Both the position numbers and the translations under genes were made by a program. The notes beneath the pieces were generated by a model. The model was not told the origin of the DNA and searched no databases. It saw nothing but the letters and a program-made list of their open reading frames with translations. DNA of 64,000 nucleotides from an uncultured bacterium (GTDB taxonomy: Bacteria; Acidobacteriota; Thermoanaerobaculia; Multivoradales; JAHZIX01), in NCBI GenBank assembly GCA_965368975.1, contig CBDUPA010000002.1:384001-448000 (forward strand), read 5' to 3'. Position 1 is the first letter of the stretch; the number at the start of each line of letters is the position of its first letter. This document shows positions 39,173-49,348 of the stretch, one piece after another.

Positions 39173-40411
39173 TTACAGCAAGTCTTCGAACATACCGCGC
39201 AGGCTGCCCATCATGTCCCGCACGCTGAAGCCGCTGCGGCCTCGCTTTCGCTGTTGTTTTCTATCGGCCATTTGCCCCCACAGCAGCAGGCCGGCGGTCG
39301 TGCTCCAAGCCGGACTGTGGATGACTTCGACCAGGCCGCCCAGGCCTCGGGGAAGCCCGTGGCGAACGCCGGTGTCGAAGATCGGCTCGACCAGTTCGAG
39401 CAGACCGTCCATCTGGGCACCGCCGCCGGTGAGCACGACCCCGGCCCGGGGCGCCTCTTCATAGCCGTGACGGTGCAGGTCGCGCCGGATCAGGTTGAAG
39501 ATCTCCTCGGCGCGCGGCTGCAGGATGTCGCTCAGCTCGCGCCGCCGCACCACGCGGGTGGTGCCACCGCCGACCGGTGGCACGGAGATGCCTTCGTCTT
39601 CTTCCACCAGGTGCGGCAGGCAGCAGCCCTTGCGGATCTTGATCCGCTCGGCTTCGGCGAACGGCGTACGCAGCACGACGGCCAGATCATTAGTGAAGTG
39701 ACCGGCACCGACCGGCAGAACGCCCGAATGCTGCACCTCACCGTTGTGGAACAGCGCGTACTCGGTGGTGCCGCTGCCGACGTCGACCAGCAGGACGCCA
39801 AGTTCTTTCTCGTCACGGCTGAGAACCGACTCGGCGGTGGCCAGCACCTCGAACACCATGCCGTTGATCTCGACGCCAGCGCGGTTGACGCAGGTCAGCA
39901 AGGTGCGCGTGCGCGTCGTGTTGCCGGTCACCAGGTGCAGCATCACTTCCAGCCGGCTGCCCAGCATGCCGATCGGGTCCGCGATGTCGCCCTGCTCGTC
40001 GACGAGGAATTCCTGCGGAATGGCGTGCAGGATCTCGCGATCGGACGGCAGTGCCGCCGATTGGGCTGCTTCCAGCACGCGTTCGATGTCGTCGCGGGTG
40101 ATCTCACGATCCTTGCGCTTGACGGACACCATGCCGCGGCAATTGACGCTGCGGATGTCCGAGCTGGCAATGCCGACCCAGGCTCGAGTGATCTCGACCC
40201 CGGCCATGACCTCCGCCTCCTCGCTGGCCATGCGCAGTGCCTCGACAGTGGATTCAACGTTCACGATGTTGCCTTTGCGGGCACCGTGGTTGGGCGCTTC
40301 ACCTTTGCCCACTACCTCGATTCCGCCTTGGCCGTCCGTGACGCCAATGAGCACGCCGATCTTCGACGAGCCGATGTCGATTCCTACCAGGTAGTCTTCT
40401 GGTCTGGCCAT
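39173..40411 (-). CDS. ftsA: Cell division protein FtsA
   Basis: [29 protein letters not shown]. Confidence 0.96.
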   Translation of the reverse strand: MARPEDYLVGIDIGSSKIGVLIGVTDGQGGIEVVGKGEAPNHGARKGNIVNVESTVEALRMASEEAEVMAGVEITRAWVGIASSDIRSVNCRGMVSVKRKDREITRDDIERVLEAAQSAALPSDREILHAIPQEFLVDEQGDIADPIGMLGSRLEVMLHLVTGNTTRTRTLLTCVNRAGVEINGMVFEVLATAESVLSRDEKELGVLLVDVGSGTTEYALFHNGEVQHSGVLPVGAGHFTNDLAVVLRTPFAEAERIKIRKGCCLPHLVEEDEGISVPPVGGGTTRVVRRRELSDILQPRAEEIFNLIRRDLHRHGYEEAPRAGVVLTGGGAQMDGLLELVEPIFDTGVRHGLPRGLGGLVEVIHSPAWSTTAGLLLWGQMADRKQQRKRGRSGFSVRDMMGSLRGMFEDLL

Positions 40412-40420
40412 GTCTCCGCC

Positions 40421-41647
40421 TCAACCTTGGTTCTGGGAGCCGGCGACTGCCGAAGGGACAGCCACTGCGTCTCCGGATTGCTCGATAGTGCCGCGCTGCG
40501 CGGGAAGGGATGTCATCTCGGCCTCGTCGCGGGTCCAGACCATACGGCCCGACACCCTCAGATCGAGCAGCCAACCGCCCTCGGGGTAGCGTGCTCGTAG
40601 TTCTGGCAACACTCTGGTCAGTCCGGACGCCTGGTGCTCCAGGTCACCGAAGCGGACCAACAGTGGGAAGAGCCCACGAGGCCGAAGGAGAAAGTCGTCG
40701 TCACTCAGAATTTCGATGCTCTGCAACTCGCCGCGCCACGGCGCGTCGACGCGCTGCCACTGACGCATCAGGTCGAGACAGCGCAGCACGTCCGTCTCGG
40801 AACGCAGCCCCTGCAGCTGCGGCAGTGCTTGCGCCAGCGGTTCGTCGGCAGGTTGAGCGCGTGCGATCGGCTGGCCCGCCGCATCGACGTAGCGGTAGCC
40901 ACTGCGGTCGAGCGCCAGGGCAACGGGTTGGCGCGCCACCGCCTCGACGCGCAGGCCGTCCGGCAACTGCTTGTCCAGACTGACGTCGGCGAGCCACGAG
41001 TGCTCCGAGAGCACGTGACGCCGCACCTCGCCCAGCGGCAGCAACAGCAAGTTCTTGCCCTGGTAAGGCTCGAGCGTCTTCAGCAACTCGGCTGCCGGCA
41101 CCCGCTCGGTGCCGTGCACCTCCAGCAGGCGGAGCGAGAACTGCTGCGCGGTGAAGACCCAAGCCACCAGCGCCAGCGGCAGCCCGACGGCGAACAGCAA
41201 CATCAGCAACCGGCGCGCGACCTGCAGCCAGCGGCGCGGCCGCCGGTGCTGCGGCACCACGTGACGCCGCGGGCGCGGCATTGCCGGTGCCAGAGGGGAC
41301 TCGGCGAGCGGTCGGCGGCGCGGTGTCGGCAGCACCTCGGCCCAGCCGGCACGCTGGGCCTGAGGCTTTCCTGCCGAGAGCATGCTGGCCGGCAGCGGGG
41401 CCATCGAGGGACGGCTCCCTGAAGACGCCACGCCCGAAGACGGCACCCAGGGCCGCGGCCTGCGCACGCAGGTCACCGAGGAGGCACCCGACGGACGGGC
41501 GTTGCTACGGTGCACGGCCGGAGCATCGAGGTTCTCACTAGCCGGTACCGGGCGATCGGTATCGAACTCGGGCGACCCGAGGGTTGGCTCCGCGGCTCGA
41601 TCACGACGCGGGCGATCTTTCGGCGGGAAGGCGTGGACGGTACCCAT
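40421..41647 (-). CDS. ftsQ: Cell division protein FtsQ/DivIB (long N-terminal extension)
   Basis: Single TM followed by POTRA-like VHGTERV...NLL...WLADVSLDKQLPDGLRV; C-terminal LDLR; position before ftsA. Confidence 0.8.
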   Translation of the reverse strand: MGTVHAFPPKDRPRRDRAAEPTLGSPEFDTDRPVPASENLDAPAVHRSNARPSGASSVTCVRRPRPWVPSSGVASSGSRPSMAPLPASMLSAGKPQAQRAGWAEVLPTPRRRPLAESPLAPAMPRPRRHVVPQHRRPRRWLQVARRLLMLLFAVGLPLALVAWVFTAQQFSLRLLEVHGTERVPAAELLKTLEPYQGKNLLLLPLGEVRRHVLSEHSWLADVSLDKQLPDGLRVEAVARQPVALALDRSGYRYVDAAGQPIARAQPADEPLAQALPQLQGLRSETDVLRCLDLMRQWQRVDAPWRGELQSIEILSDDDFLLRPRGLFPLLVRFGDLEHQASGLTRVLPELRARYPEGGWLLDLRVSGRMVWTRDEAEMTSLPAQRGTIEQSGDAVAVPSAVAGSQNQG

Positions 41648-43035
41648 CAAGCGGCCTCCTCCTGCACCAACTGTTGACCGAGGCGGTAGACATCACCGGC
41701 ACCGAGGGTCAGGATCAGATCGCCTTCGGCGGCATCTGACAGCACTTCTGGCGCTTGCTTCCAGTGCGGCACGAAGGTCACGTGCCGATGCCCGCTGGCC
41801 CGCGCCGCCGCCACCACCAGTTCACCGCTGACACCCGCGATCGGTGCCTCGCGCGAGGCGTAGACATCGGTCACCACGACTCTGTCGGCAGCCAGCAGAG
41901 CACGGCCGAAGTCTTCCGCCAGCAGGCGCGTGCGGCTGTAGAGATGGGGCTGGAACACGGCATGAACACGGCCGCCCGGGCACACCTGGCGGGCTGCACG
42001 CAGCACGGCGGTGACTTCGGTCGGGTGGTGGGCGTAGTCGTCGACCACGGTGGCACCGTGCCAGCTTCCAAGCTGCTCGAAGCGCCGGTGCACACCGCCG
42101 AAGCCGGACAAGGCCTCGGCGATGGCGGTGAAGCTCAGGTCCAGCGCCCGGCCGACGGCAACCGCGGCGAGGGCATTCTGGACGTTGTGCACGCCCGGCA
42201 TCGGCAGGGCAATCTGCCCCAGCTCGCCGAGTTCGGCAGCGCGTACCGTAAAGCGGCTGCCGTGATGATCCTGCGTCACTTCGGTGGCACAGAGCTCGGC
42301 CTGCGGACTCAAGCCATAGGAGGTCACGCGCCGTCCCGCCAGACGGGGAAGGATCTGCTGGATCTGGGGATCGTCGAGACACAGGATCACTTGACCGAAG
42401 AAGGGCACTCGGTTGGCAAAGGTGACAAAGGCCTCCTCGATCTCGCTGAGGTCACGGTAGGTGTCCAGGTGGTCGCAATCGATCGAGGTGATGACGGCGA
42501 TGATCGGCGCCAGGGTCAGGAAGCTGCGATCGAACTCGTCGGCTTCAGCGACCATCAGCTCGCTCTTGCCGTGCCGCGCCCCGGTACCCGTGACGCGCAG
42601 GCGACCACCGACGATCACGGTCGGGTCCAGCCCAGCCTCTGTCAGCACCGTGCCGACCAGCGAGGTGGTGGTGGTCTTGCCATGGGTGCCGGCAACCGCG
42701 ATGCCGTACTTGAGACGCATCAGCTCGGCCAGCATCTCGGCGCGGCGAACCACTGCGATACCCTGCTGACGGGCGGCCTGCACTTCCGGGTTGTCCGGTG
42801 GCACCGCAGACGAGACGACGACCAGATCCGCACCCGCGACATGCGCCGGGTCGTGCCCCTGGTGGATCTCGATACCCAGACCGGCGAGCCGGCGGACGGT
42901 CTCGCTCCGCGCCTGATCACTACCCGAAACCTTCAGCTCGTAATCGCGCAACACCTCGGCGATGCCACTCATGCCGGCACCGCCGATGCCGACCAGGTGA
43001 ATGTGGTCGAGACCGGTGAAACGTTGGAAGAGCAT
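41647..43035 (-). CDS. murC: UDP-N-acetylmuramate--L-alanine ligase
   Basis: IHLVGIGGAGMSGIA, AGTHGKTTTT, EADEFD, DDYAHHP, FQPHLYSRT. Confidence 0.96.
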   Translation of the reverse strand: MLFQRFTGLDHIHLVGIGGAGMSGIAEVLRDYELKVSGSDQARSETVRRLAGLGIEIHQGHDPAHVAGADLVVVSSAVPPDNPEVQAARQQGIAVVRRAEMLAELMRLKYGIAVAGTHGKTTTTSLVGTVLTEAGLDPTVIVGGRLRVTGTGARHGKSELMVAEADEFDRSFLTLAPIIAVITSIDCDHLDTYRDLSEIEEAFVTFANRVPFFGQVILCLDDPQIQQILPRLAGRRVTSYGLSPQAELCATEVTQDHHGSRFTVRAAELGELGQIALPMPGVHNVQNALAAVAVGRALDLSFTAIAEALSGFGGVHRRFEQLGSWHGATVVDDYAHHPTEVTAVLRAARQVCPGGRVHAVFQPHLYSRTRLLAEDFGRALLAADRVVVTDVYASREAPIAGVSGELVVAAARASGHRHVTFVPHWKQAPEVLSDAAEGDLILTLGAGDVYRLGQQLVQEEAA

Positions 43036-44186
43036 CAGCTGACCCTCCCCGCGGACGTCTTCGAGGCCAGCGCCAGCAGGTGGTTCGCAATGCGGGCAGC
43101 GGCATCTGGACGCGCCAGGCCGCGGGCAGCACGAGCCATGGTGCCGAGTTGGTCCGCATCGCGCAGCAGGCTGCTCAGACGGTCGGCGAGCACGGTGGCG
43201 GTCAAGTCGGCTTCGCTCTCGAGCAACTCGGCAGCGCCAGCCTCGACCAGCGTGCGCGCGTTGTCGCGCTGGTGGCCGAGAGCGAGCGACAGCGGAATGA
43301 GCAGCGACGGCCGGCCGGCCGCACACAGCTCGGCGAGCGTGATGGCGCCTGCACGGGAGACGACCAGGTGCGCACGCGCCATGGCACCGGCGACGTCGTC
43401 GAGGAAGGGGGTGACTTCGACCTGCAGATCGGGCAGGTCGGTACGCACCTCCTGGTAGGCCTCCTGGGTCAACTCCAGGTGACGCTGGCCGGTCTGGTGG
43501 AGCACGTCCAGGCGACCCAGCGTGCGCGCCGCCTGAGCGACCGCCGCAGGCACCAGACGGTTGAGCTGCAGCGCGCCCTGACTACCTCCCAGGATCAGCA
43601 GCCGGACGGGAGCATCGTCGCCCGGCGCTTCCAGGTCAGCGACCTCGTGGAAGGTCCGGCGGACCGGAATACCGGTGACCTCGGCGTCGCAGCTCAGTTC
43701 GCTCCGGGTGTGCTCGTAAGCGACCGCCGCGGCGTGGGCGAAGCGTGCCAGCTGACGGTTGGCGACGCCGCTCACCGCGTTGGGCTCGAAGAGCATCACC
43801 GGTCGACGGGCCAGACGGGCTCCGACCACCGCCGGCGCCGAGACGTACCCTCCGGTGCCCAACACCACGTCGACCCCCAGGCGGCGTACCAGGCTTCGTG
43901 CGGTGAAGGCCGAGCCGGTCAGCGTCAAGACAGCGCGCACCTTGCCCGCGAGCCCCTGCCCGACCAAGGGCCGGGCACTGAGCGGATAGAAGGCCAGCCC
44001 GTGCCGGGGTACCCAGCGTGCCTCCGGACCGGTGGCGGAGCCCGTGAAGCTCACCTGCCACCCCCGGTCACGCAGCTCATCCGCCAGGGTGAGCGCCGGA
44101 AAGACGTGCCCACCCGTACCGCCGCCAGCCAGCAGCACGTGCAGCGGCGGGGGTGCAGATGTGGAGGTGTGAGCGTCATCGTGCAT
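43035..44186 (-). CDS. murG: MurG N-acetylglucosaminyl transferase
   Basis: GGGTGGHVFP, GGYVS, GGSQGA, SRAGAITLAE, HQRDNA. Confidence 0.96.
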   Translation of the reverse strand: MHDDAHTSTSAPPPLHVLLAGGGTGGHVFPALTLADELRDRGWQVSFTGSATGPEARWVPRHGLAFYPLSARPLVGQGLAGKVRAVLTLTGSAFTARSLVRRLGVDVVLGTGGYVSAPAVVGARLARRPVMLFEPNAVSGVANRQLARFAHAAAVAYEHTRSELSCDAEVTGIPVRRTFHEVADLEAPGDDAPVRLLILGGSQGALQLNRLVPAAVAQAARTLGRLDVLHQTGQRHLELTQEAYQEVRTDLPDLQVEVTPFLDDVAGAMARAHLVVSRAGAITLAELCAAGRPSLLIPLSLALGHQRDNARTLVEAGAAELLESEADLTATVLADRLSSLLRDADQLGTMARAARGLARPDAAARIANHLLALASKTSAGRVS

Positions 44187-44192
44187 ATCCGT

Positions 44193-45269
44193 TCACGCAT
44201 GCTGGGAGACATTGAGCAGCAGGCCGCTGGCGGCCAAGGTAACCACCAGCGACGAACCGCCGTAGGAGATGAAGGGGAGTGGCACACCGGTCGGTGGCAG
44301 CAACGCCAGCGCGACGCTCACGTGGGCCAGCGCCTGCATGCCGAGCATGCCGGTCAAGCCCCAGGCGAGGGCGGAACCGAACTCGTCGGGCGCGGCCAGG
44401 CCGGCAACGATGCCGCGCCAGATCAGGAGTGAAAAGGCGCACAGGGTCGCCAGGGCTCCCACGAAGCCGAGTTCCTCGCAGATGATCGAGAAGATGAAAT
44501 CCGACTCCGCGTGCGGCAGGAAGTGCAACTTCTGCACGCTTCCTCCCGGCCCGAGGCCCGAAAGGCCGCCCGTACCGACGGCGATCAGCGACTGCAAGGG
44601 CTGGAAGCCACCACCCAGGGGACTGGCCGAGGGATCGAGGAAGGTGGTCACCCGCTCCAAACGGTAGGGCTCGAAGGCGATCAGGAGCACCAGCACGCCC
44701 AAGCCGATCACCGCGGCTGCCGTGACATAGCGTAGCGGCAGGCCGCCGAGGAAGAGCATCAGAGCGCCAGTCGCCAGCAGCAGGCCGCCGGTCCCCAAGT
44801 CCTGGCCGAGAATCAAGCCCGACAGCAGCAACATGACGACGCCGGCAGGCACCAGGAAGGTCGGCTGCTCGATCTCTTCCCCTCGACTGCCGATCAGGTA
44901 GGCCAGGTAGATGACCAGCGTCAGCTTGGCCAGCTCCGAGGGCTGGAACGAGACGCCACCGATGAAGATCCAGCGATGCACGTTGTTGAGCTGCGGCATG
45001 AAGTACACGCTGACCAGCAGAGCGACCGTGGCCAGCAAGATGCCGTAGACCACTTGCTTGCGCCGCAGCCACGTGTAGTCCAGGTGCATGGTGACACCCA
45101 TGACCACCGCGCCAAGAAGCGCCGCCAACATCTGCTTGACCAGCTGCAGGTTGACGGGATCACCCAGTGCCTTCGGGGAGCTGGCGGAGGCCACCATGGC
45201 CAAGCCGAAGACGGTCAACAGGGTGATGGAGGTGAACATCCACTTGTCGAAGGCGAGCTTCTTGGCCAT
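44193..45269 (-). CDS. ftsW: SEDS peptidoglycan glycosyltransferase FtsW
   Basis: RWI..GGVSFQPSE, DLGT, LPHAESDFIF, GVPLPFISYGGSS. Confidence 0.95.
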   Translation of the reverse strand: MAKKLAFDKWMFTSITLLTVFGLAMVASASSPKALGDPVNLQLVKQMLAALLGAVVMGVTMHLDYTWLRRKQVVYGILLATVALLVSVYFMPQLNNVHRWIFIGGVSFQPSELAKLTLVIYLAYLIGSRGEEIEQPTFLVPAGVVMLLLSGLILGQDLGTGGLLLATGALMLFLGGLPLRYVTAAAVIGLGVLVLLIAFEPYRLERVTTFLDPSASPLGGGFQPLQSLIAVGTGGLSGLGPGGSVQKLHFLPHAESDFIFSIICEELGFVGALATLCAFSLLIWRGIVAGLAAPDEFGSALAWGLTGMLGMQALAHVSVALALLPPTGVPLPFISYGGSSLVVTLAASGLLLNVSQHA

Positions 45270-46753
45270 CAGTTCACCACCTCCGGCAGCGCGGCCACCA
45301 GTTCGCAGAAGCGACGGCCACGGTGAGCGTAGCTCTGGAACTGGTCGTAGCTGGCACAGGCGGGCGACAGCAGCACCGCCTCGCCGGCACGGGCGACGCG
45401 CGAGGCCCGCTGCACGGCACTCTCCAGGGTGACGCTGTCCTCGCAGGGCGCGGCACCGGCGAAGGCCTGCTGGAAGGCCGACTTGGCCTCTCCGATCAGG
45501 TACAGGCGGCGGACCTTGCGCTGCACCAGCTCGCGCAGATCGCTCAGGTCGTCGCCCTTGTGCACACCGCCCAGGATCAGGTGAACCGTGCCATCGGGCA
45601 GGTCGGCCAGCGACTTGGCGGTGGCCGCTGCGTTGGTGCCCTTGGAATCGTCGTACCAGGCGACGCCGTCCAGCTCGCGCACCACCTGCATCCGGTGAGG
45701 CAAAGGACGGAAGTCGGCCAGGGCCCGGCGCAGATGCTGGGGTGCTGCGCCACGGGCACGTGCCAGCAGGGCCGCTGCCATGGCGTTCTCCAGGTTGTGC
45801 AGCCCACTCAGGTGGACGTCGGTGCGTCGGAAGAGTTCGACCGGTGCGCTCTCCGGCTGCACCTCGATGATCGCGTCACCGTCCAGGTAGCAACCGTCGG
45901 CCACCGGAGCGCGGTGCGAGAAGGTGCGTCGACGCGCGGTGCCGTGCATCCCCGGGCAGCCGTTCTCGATCCAAGCGGCAATCCACGGATCGTCGGCATT
46001 CAGTACCGCCACGTCGTCCGCCTCCTGGCGCTCGAAGATCGCCTTCTTGGCGCCGGCGTAGGCGTCGAAATCGGCGTAGCGATCGAGATGGTCCGGCGTC
46101 ACGTTGAGCAAGGCCGCGGCCCGGCAGCGGAAGGTCGACAGCGCCTCCAGCTGGAAACTCGACAGCTCGACGACGAAGCAGCGACCCTCTGCACCCCTGC
46201 CCGGCTCACCGCTGACACGATCGCTCAGCGGCTGCCCGATGTTGCCGCACACCTCGACCGCCTGGCCGGCGGCCCGCAGCATGGCACCGGCCAGCTCAGT
46301 GGTCGTGCTCTTGCCGTTGGTACCGGTGATGCCGAGGACCGGACCCGCGAGCAGCGGAAAGGCCAGCTCGACTTCCGCCACCACCGGCAGACCGGCCCGT
46401 CGGGCCGCGCTCAACAACGGCTTGCTGGGTGGCACGCCAGGACTCACCACGATGGCGTCGATCCTGGACAGTAGGGTTGACGTTGCTCCTGCAGCGTCAC
46501 TGCCGGTATCGAACTCTGCGCGCAGCTCGAACGCCTCGTGTTGGATCAGCTCGCGCAAAGCCTGTTGTTGCGGATCGATCTCCATCGACGGTCGGTCGTC
46601 GAGTCCCACCACCGTCACCCCGCGGGCGAGCAACAGGCGCGCCGCGGCACGCCCGGACAGACCGAGCCCGTAGACGGCCACGCGCAACCATCCCTGCTGC
46701 GTCCAGGGCAGGCAGCGGCTCGTCGGCGCGGGGTGGGGGGGAGTGCGTGACAT
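45269..46753 (-). CDS. murD: UDP-MurNAc-L-Ala--D-glutamate ligase
   Basis: GLGLSG, SPGVP, TGTNGKSTTT, ELSSFQL, DHLDRY, DDSKGTN, SPACASYDQF. Confidence 0.96.
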   Translation of the reverse strand: MSRTPPHPAPTSRCLPWTQQGWLRVAVYGLGLSGRAAARLLLARGVTVVGLDDRPSMEIDPQQQALRELIQHEAFELRAEFDTGSDAAGATSTLLSRIDAIVVSPGVPPSKPLLSAARRAGLPVVAEVELAFPLLAGPVLGITGTNGKSTTTELAGAMLRAAGQAVEVCGNIGQPLSDRVSGEPGRGAEGRCFVVELSSFQLEALSTFRCRAAALLNVTPDHLDRYADFDAYAGAKKAIFERQEADDVAVLNADDPWIAAWIENGCPGMHGTARRRTFSHRAPVADGCYLDGDAIIEVQPESAPVELFRRTDVHLSGLHNLENAMAAALLARARGAAPQHLRRALADFRPLPHRMQVVRELDGVAWYDDSKGTNAAATAKSLADLPDGTVHLILGGVHKGDDLSDLRELVQRKVRRLYLIGEAKSAFQQAFAGAAPCEDSVTLESAVQRASRVARAGEAVLLSPACASYDQFQSYAHRGRRFCELVAALPEVVN

Positions 46754-46766
46754 CAGCGTTGGATCG

Positions 46767-47852
46767 TCAACGTAGTTTCAGGGTCGAGAGACCGATCAGG
46801 GCGAAGATCAGCGCCAAGATCCAGAACCTGACGATGATCTTGGGCTCCTTCCAGCCCAGGAGTTCGAAATGGTGGTGCAACGGCGCCATTCGGAAGATCC
46901 GCTTCCCCGTCAGCTTGAAGGATGCGACCTGCAGAATCACCGACACGGCCTCGGCGACGAAGACGCCCCCGACCAGGACTAGCACCAGCTCCTGCTTGCA
47001 CAGCACCGCTACCGAGCCGATGGCGGCGCCGATCGACAGGGAACCGACGTCACCCATGAAGACTTCCGCCGGATGACTGTTGAACCACAGAAAGCCGAGG
47101 CTCGCACCCACCAGAGAGGTGCAGAAGACGGCGACTTCGCCGGTCCCGGGCATGTGCTGCACCTGCAGGTAGTTGGCGACGACGGCATTGCCGGCGACAT
47201 AGGTGAAGACGGCGTAGGTCCCGGCCGCGATCAAGGTGGCGCCAATCGCCAGGCCGTCGAGCCCGTCGGTCAGGTTGACGGCATTCGAAGAGCCAACCAG
47301 TACCAGCATGACGAACGGCACGAAGAAGAGGCCCAGCGGCACCACCAGGTCCTTGAAGAAGGGGAACGTGAGGGTCGGTTCGAAAGGCGTCTCCAAGGGC
47401 AGACGAGTGACCACCAGCGCCATGGCGGCGGCCACCAGGCATTGCGCCAGGAACTTCTGGCGCGACGTCAGGCCCAAGTTGCGGCCCCTGCGTACCTTGA
47501 TGAAATCGTCGAAGAAGCCGATGAGACCAAAGGCAACGGTCACCACGACCACCACCCAGACCAGCGGATTGTCCAGCCGTGCCCACAGGAGGGTCGCCGA
47601 CAGCCAACCGAAGAGGATCAGCAGTCCGCCCATGGTCGGCGTGCCGGCCTTCACCTGGTGACTCTCAGGACCGACGTCTCGGATGTTCTGCCCCACGGAC
47701 AAGCGGCGTAGCATGGCGATGAAGCGCGGACCGAGCAGCAACATCAGGATCAGAGCGGTCAGCGTTGCCCCCGCCGCCCGGAAGGTGATGTAGCGGAAGA
47801 CGTTGAACAGCGCGAACTGGTCGGCCAGTGGAAACAGGAGGTGGTAGAGCAT
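46767..47852 (-). CDS. mraY: Phospho-N-acetylmuramoyl-pentapeptide transferase
   Basis: KAGTPTMGG, NAVNLTDGLDGLA, FMGDVGS, MAPLHHHFE. Confidence 0.97.
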   Translation of the reverse strand: MLYHLLFPLADQFALFNVFRYITFRAAGATLTALILMLLLGPRFIAMLRRLSVGQNIRDVGPESHQVKAGTPTMGGLLILFGWLSATLLWARLDNPLVWVVVVVTVAFGLIGFFDDFIKVRRGRNLGLTSRQKFLAQCLVAAAMALVVTRLPLETPFEPTLTFPFFKDLVVPLGLFFVPFVMLVLVGSSNAVNLTDGLDGLAIGATLIAAGTYAVFTYVAGNAVVANYLQVQHMPGTGEVAVFCTSLVGASLGFLWFNSHPAEVFMGDVGSLSIGAAIGSVAVLCKQELVLVLVGGVFVAEAVSVILQVASFKLTGKRIFRMAPLHHHFELLGWKEPKIIVRFWILALIFALIGLSTLKLR

Positions 47853-49345
47853 CAGGCACTCCCCTCCGTCCCACCATGGCCCGACAGAGCCAGCTGCTCG
47901 TGGAGCGCTCTGACGACAACGTCGAGGCCAGCACCACGGGAGGCCTTGACCAGCACCAGATCGCCGGCGGACAGACGATCCGGCAGTTGCCGCGCCGCCG
48001 TCTCGGCATCGTGCAGCTCTTCGGCATCACCGCCGGCCGCACGTGCCGCCTGAGCGATCAACGATCCCAGCTCCCCGACGCCGAGCACGTGGAAGCCCAG
48101 CCGCGCGGCCACCCGGCCGACCTCGCGGTGCAGTTCCGGTCCGCGCGGTCCCAGCTCCAACATGTCACCCAGCACGGCCCAGCTACGACCAGCACCCCGA
48201 TGCTCAGCCAGTGTCGCAGCACCGGTGAGTGCGCTGCGCACAGCCTCCGGATTGGCATTGTAGGCGTCGTCGATCAAGGTGATGTCCTGCGCCAGTGCGC
48301 ACACCTCGCCGCGACCGGCGAGGGGCCGCACGTCGGACAGCGCGGCAGCGATCGCGGGCAACTCGACACCGAGGGCCCAGGCACAAGCAGCCGCGGCAAG
48401 GGCGTTGGCCACGTTGTGCCGGCCGTAGAGTGGTAGGGAGATGTTCTGCCGTCCCGAGGGCGTCTCCAAGACAAAGCGACTGCCGGTACCACTCTCGTCG
48501 GCACTGACAGCCCGGGCCACGACTTCGAGTTCGTCTGGAGCCCGCTCGTCGAGAGATGCGCTATCGCCTGCAGGATGAAAGCCAAAGTGGACCAGGCGGG
48601 TACCAGGATGCTGCGCGTGGTGCCGGCGCGCGATGCGCAGCACGCGCTCATCGTCGGCATTGGCGACGATCAGACCCTCGGCGCTCAGGCCCTCGAGTAC
48701 CTCGGCCTTGGCCTCGGCAATCGCGTCGAGATTGGGAAAGGACTCGAGGTGGGCGGCACCGACGTTGGTCACGACGACGGCTTCCGGCCGGGCCAGCTGG
48801 GACAGCTGCGACAACTCGCCGGGCGTCGACATTCCCATCTCGGCCACCATCCACTCCGTGTCCCGCGGAATCCCCAGCAGAGCCAGCGGGAAGCCGAGCA
48901 AATTGTTCAGGTTGCCAGGGTTGGCGGCAGTGCGGAAACGCGACGCCAAGAGGGCGGCGAGCATCTCCTTGGTGGTGGTCTTGCCGGCCGACCCGGTGAT
49001 ACCGACCAGGTGCCGAGGTAGATCCTGGCGTACAGCTAGGGTCAGATCGTGCAGCGCACCCAACACTTCCGGCACGGCGAGCAGTGCCCCCGCCTGGCAC
49101 CAGGACGCCCAGACCTGCGGGTCGCCCTGCGCTCGGCCAGCGTCGACCACCGCGGCCGCAGCCCCCGCGGCGAGGGCCGCGGCGACGAAGCGGTGTCCGT
49201 CGGTATGCTCCCCCGGTAGCGCGAAGAAGAGATCCCCGGCTTGCACACGACGCGAGTCGATGGCCGCACCAGTGAAGGACACCGCGCCATCGCCCGTCAG
49301 GTTGGCGTTCATCGCTCGTGCTGCGTGCTGGAGTGTCCGTTCCAC
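47852..49345 (-). CDS. murF: UDP-MurNAc-tripeptide--D-Ala-D-Ala ligase
   Basis: IDSRR, DGHRF, TGSAGKTTTKE, EMGM, DDAYNANP, LGDMLELG, KASRG. Confidence 0.95.
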   Translation of the reverse strand: MERTLQHAARAMNANLTGDGAVSFTGAAIDSRRVQAGDLFFALPGEHTDGHRFVAAALAAGAAAAVVDAGRAQGDPQVWASWCQAGALLAVPEVLGALHDLTLAVRQDLPRHLVGITGSAGKTTTKEMLAALLASRFRTAANPGNLNNLLGFPLALLGIPRDTEWMVAEMGMSTPGELSQLSQLARPEAVVVTNVGAAHLESFPNLDAIAEAKAEVLEGLSAEGLIVANADDERVLRIARRHHAQHPGTRLVHFGFHPAGDSASLDERAPDELEVVARAVSADESGTGSRFVLETPSGRQNISLPLYGRHNVANALAAAACAWALGVELPAIAAALSDVRPLAGRGEVCALAQDITLIDDAYNANPEAVRSALTGAATLAEHRGAGRSWAVLGDMLELGPRGPELHREVGRVAARLGFHVLGVGELGSLIAQAARAAGGDAEELHDAETAARQLPDRLSAGDLVLVKASRGAGLDVVVRALHEQLALSGHGGTEGSA

Positions 49346-49348
49346 GGC

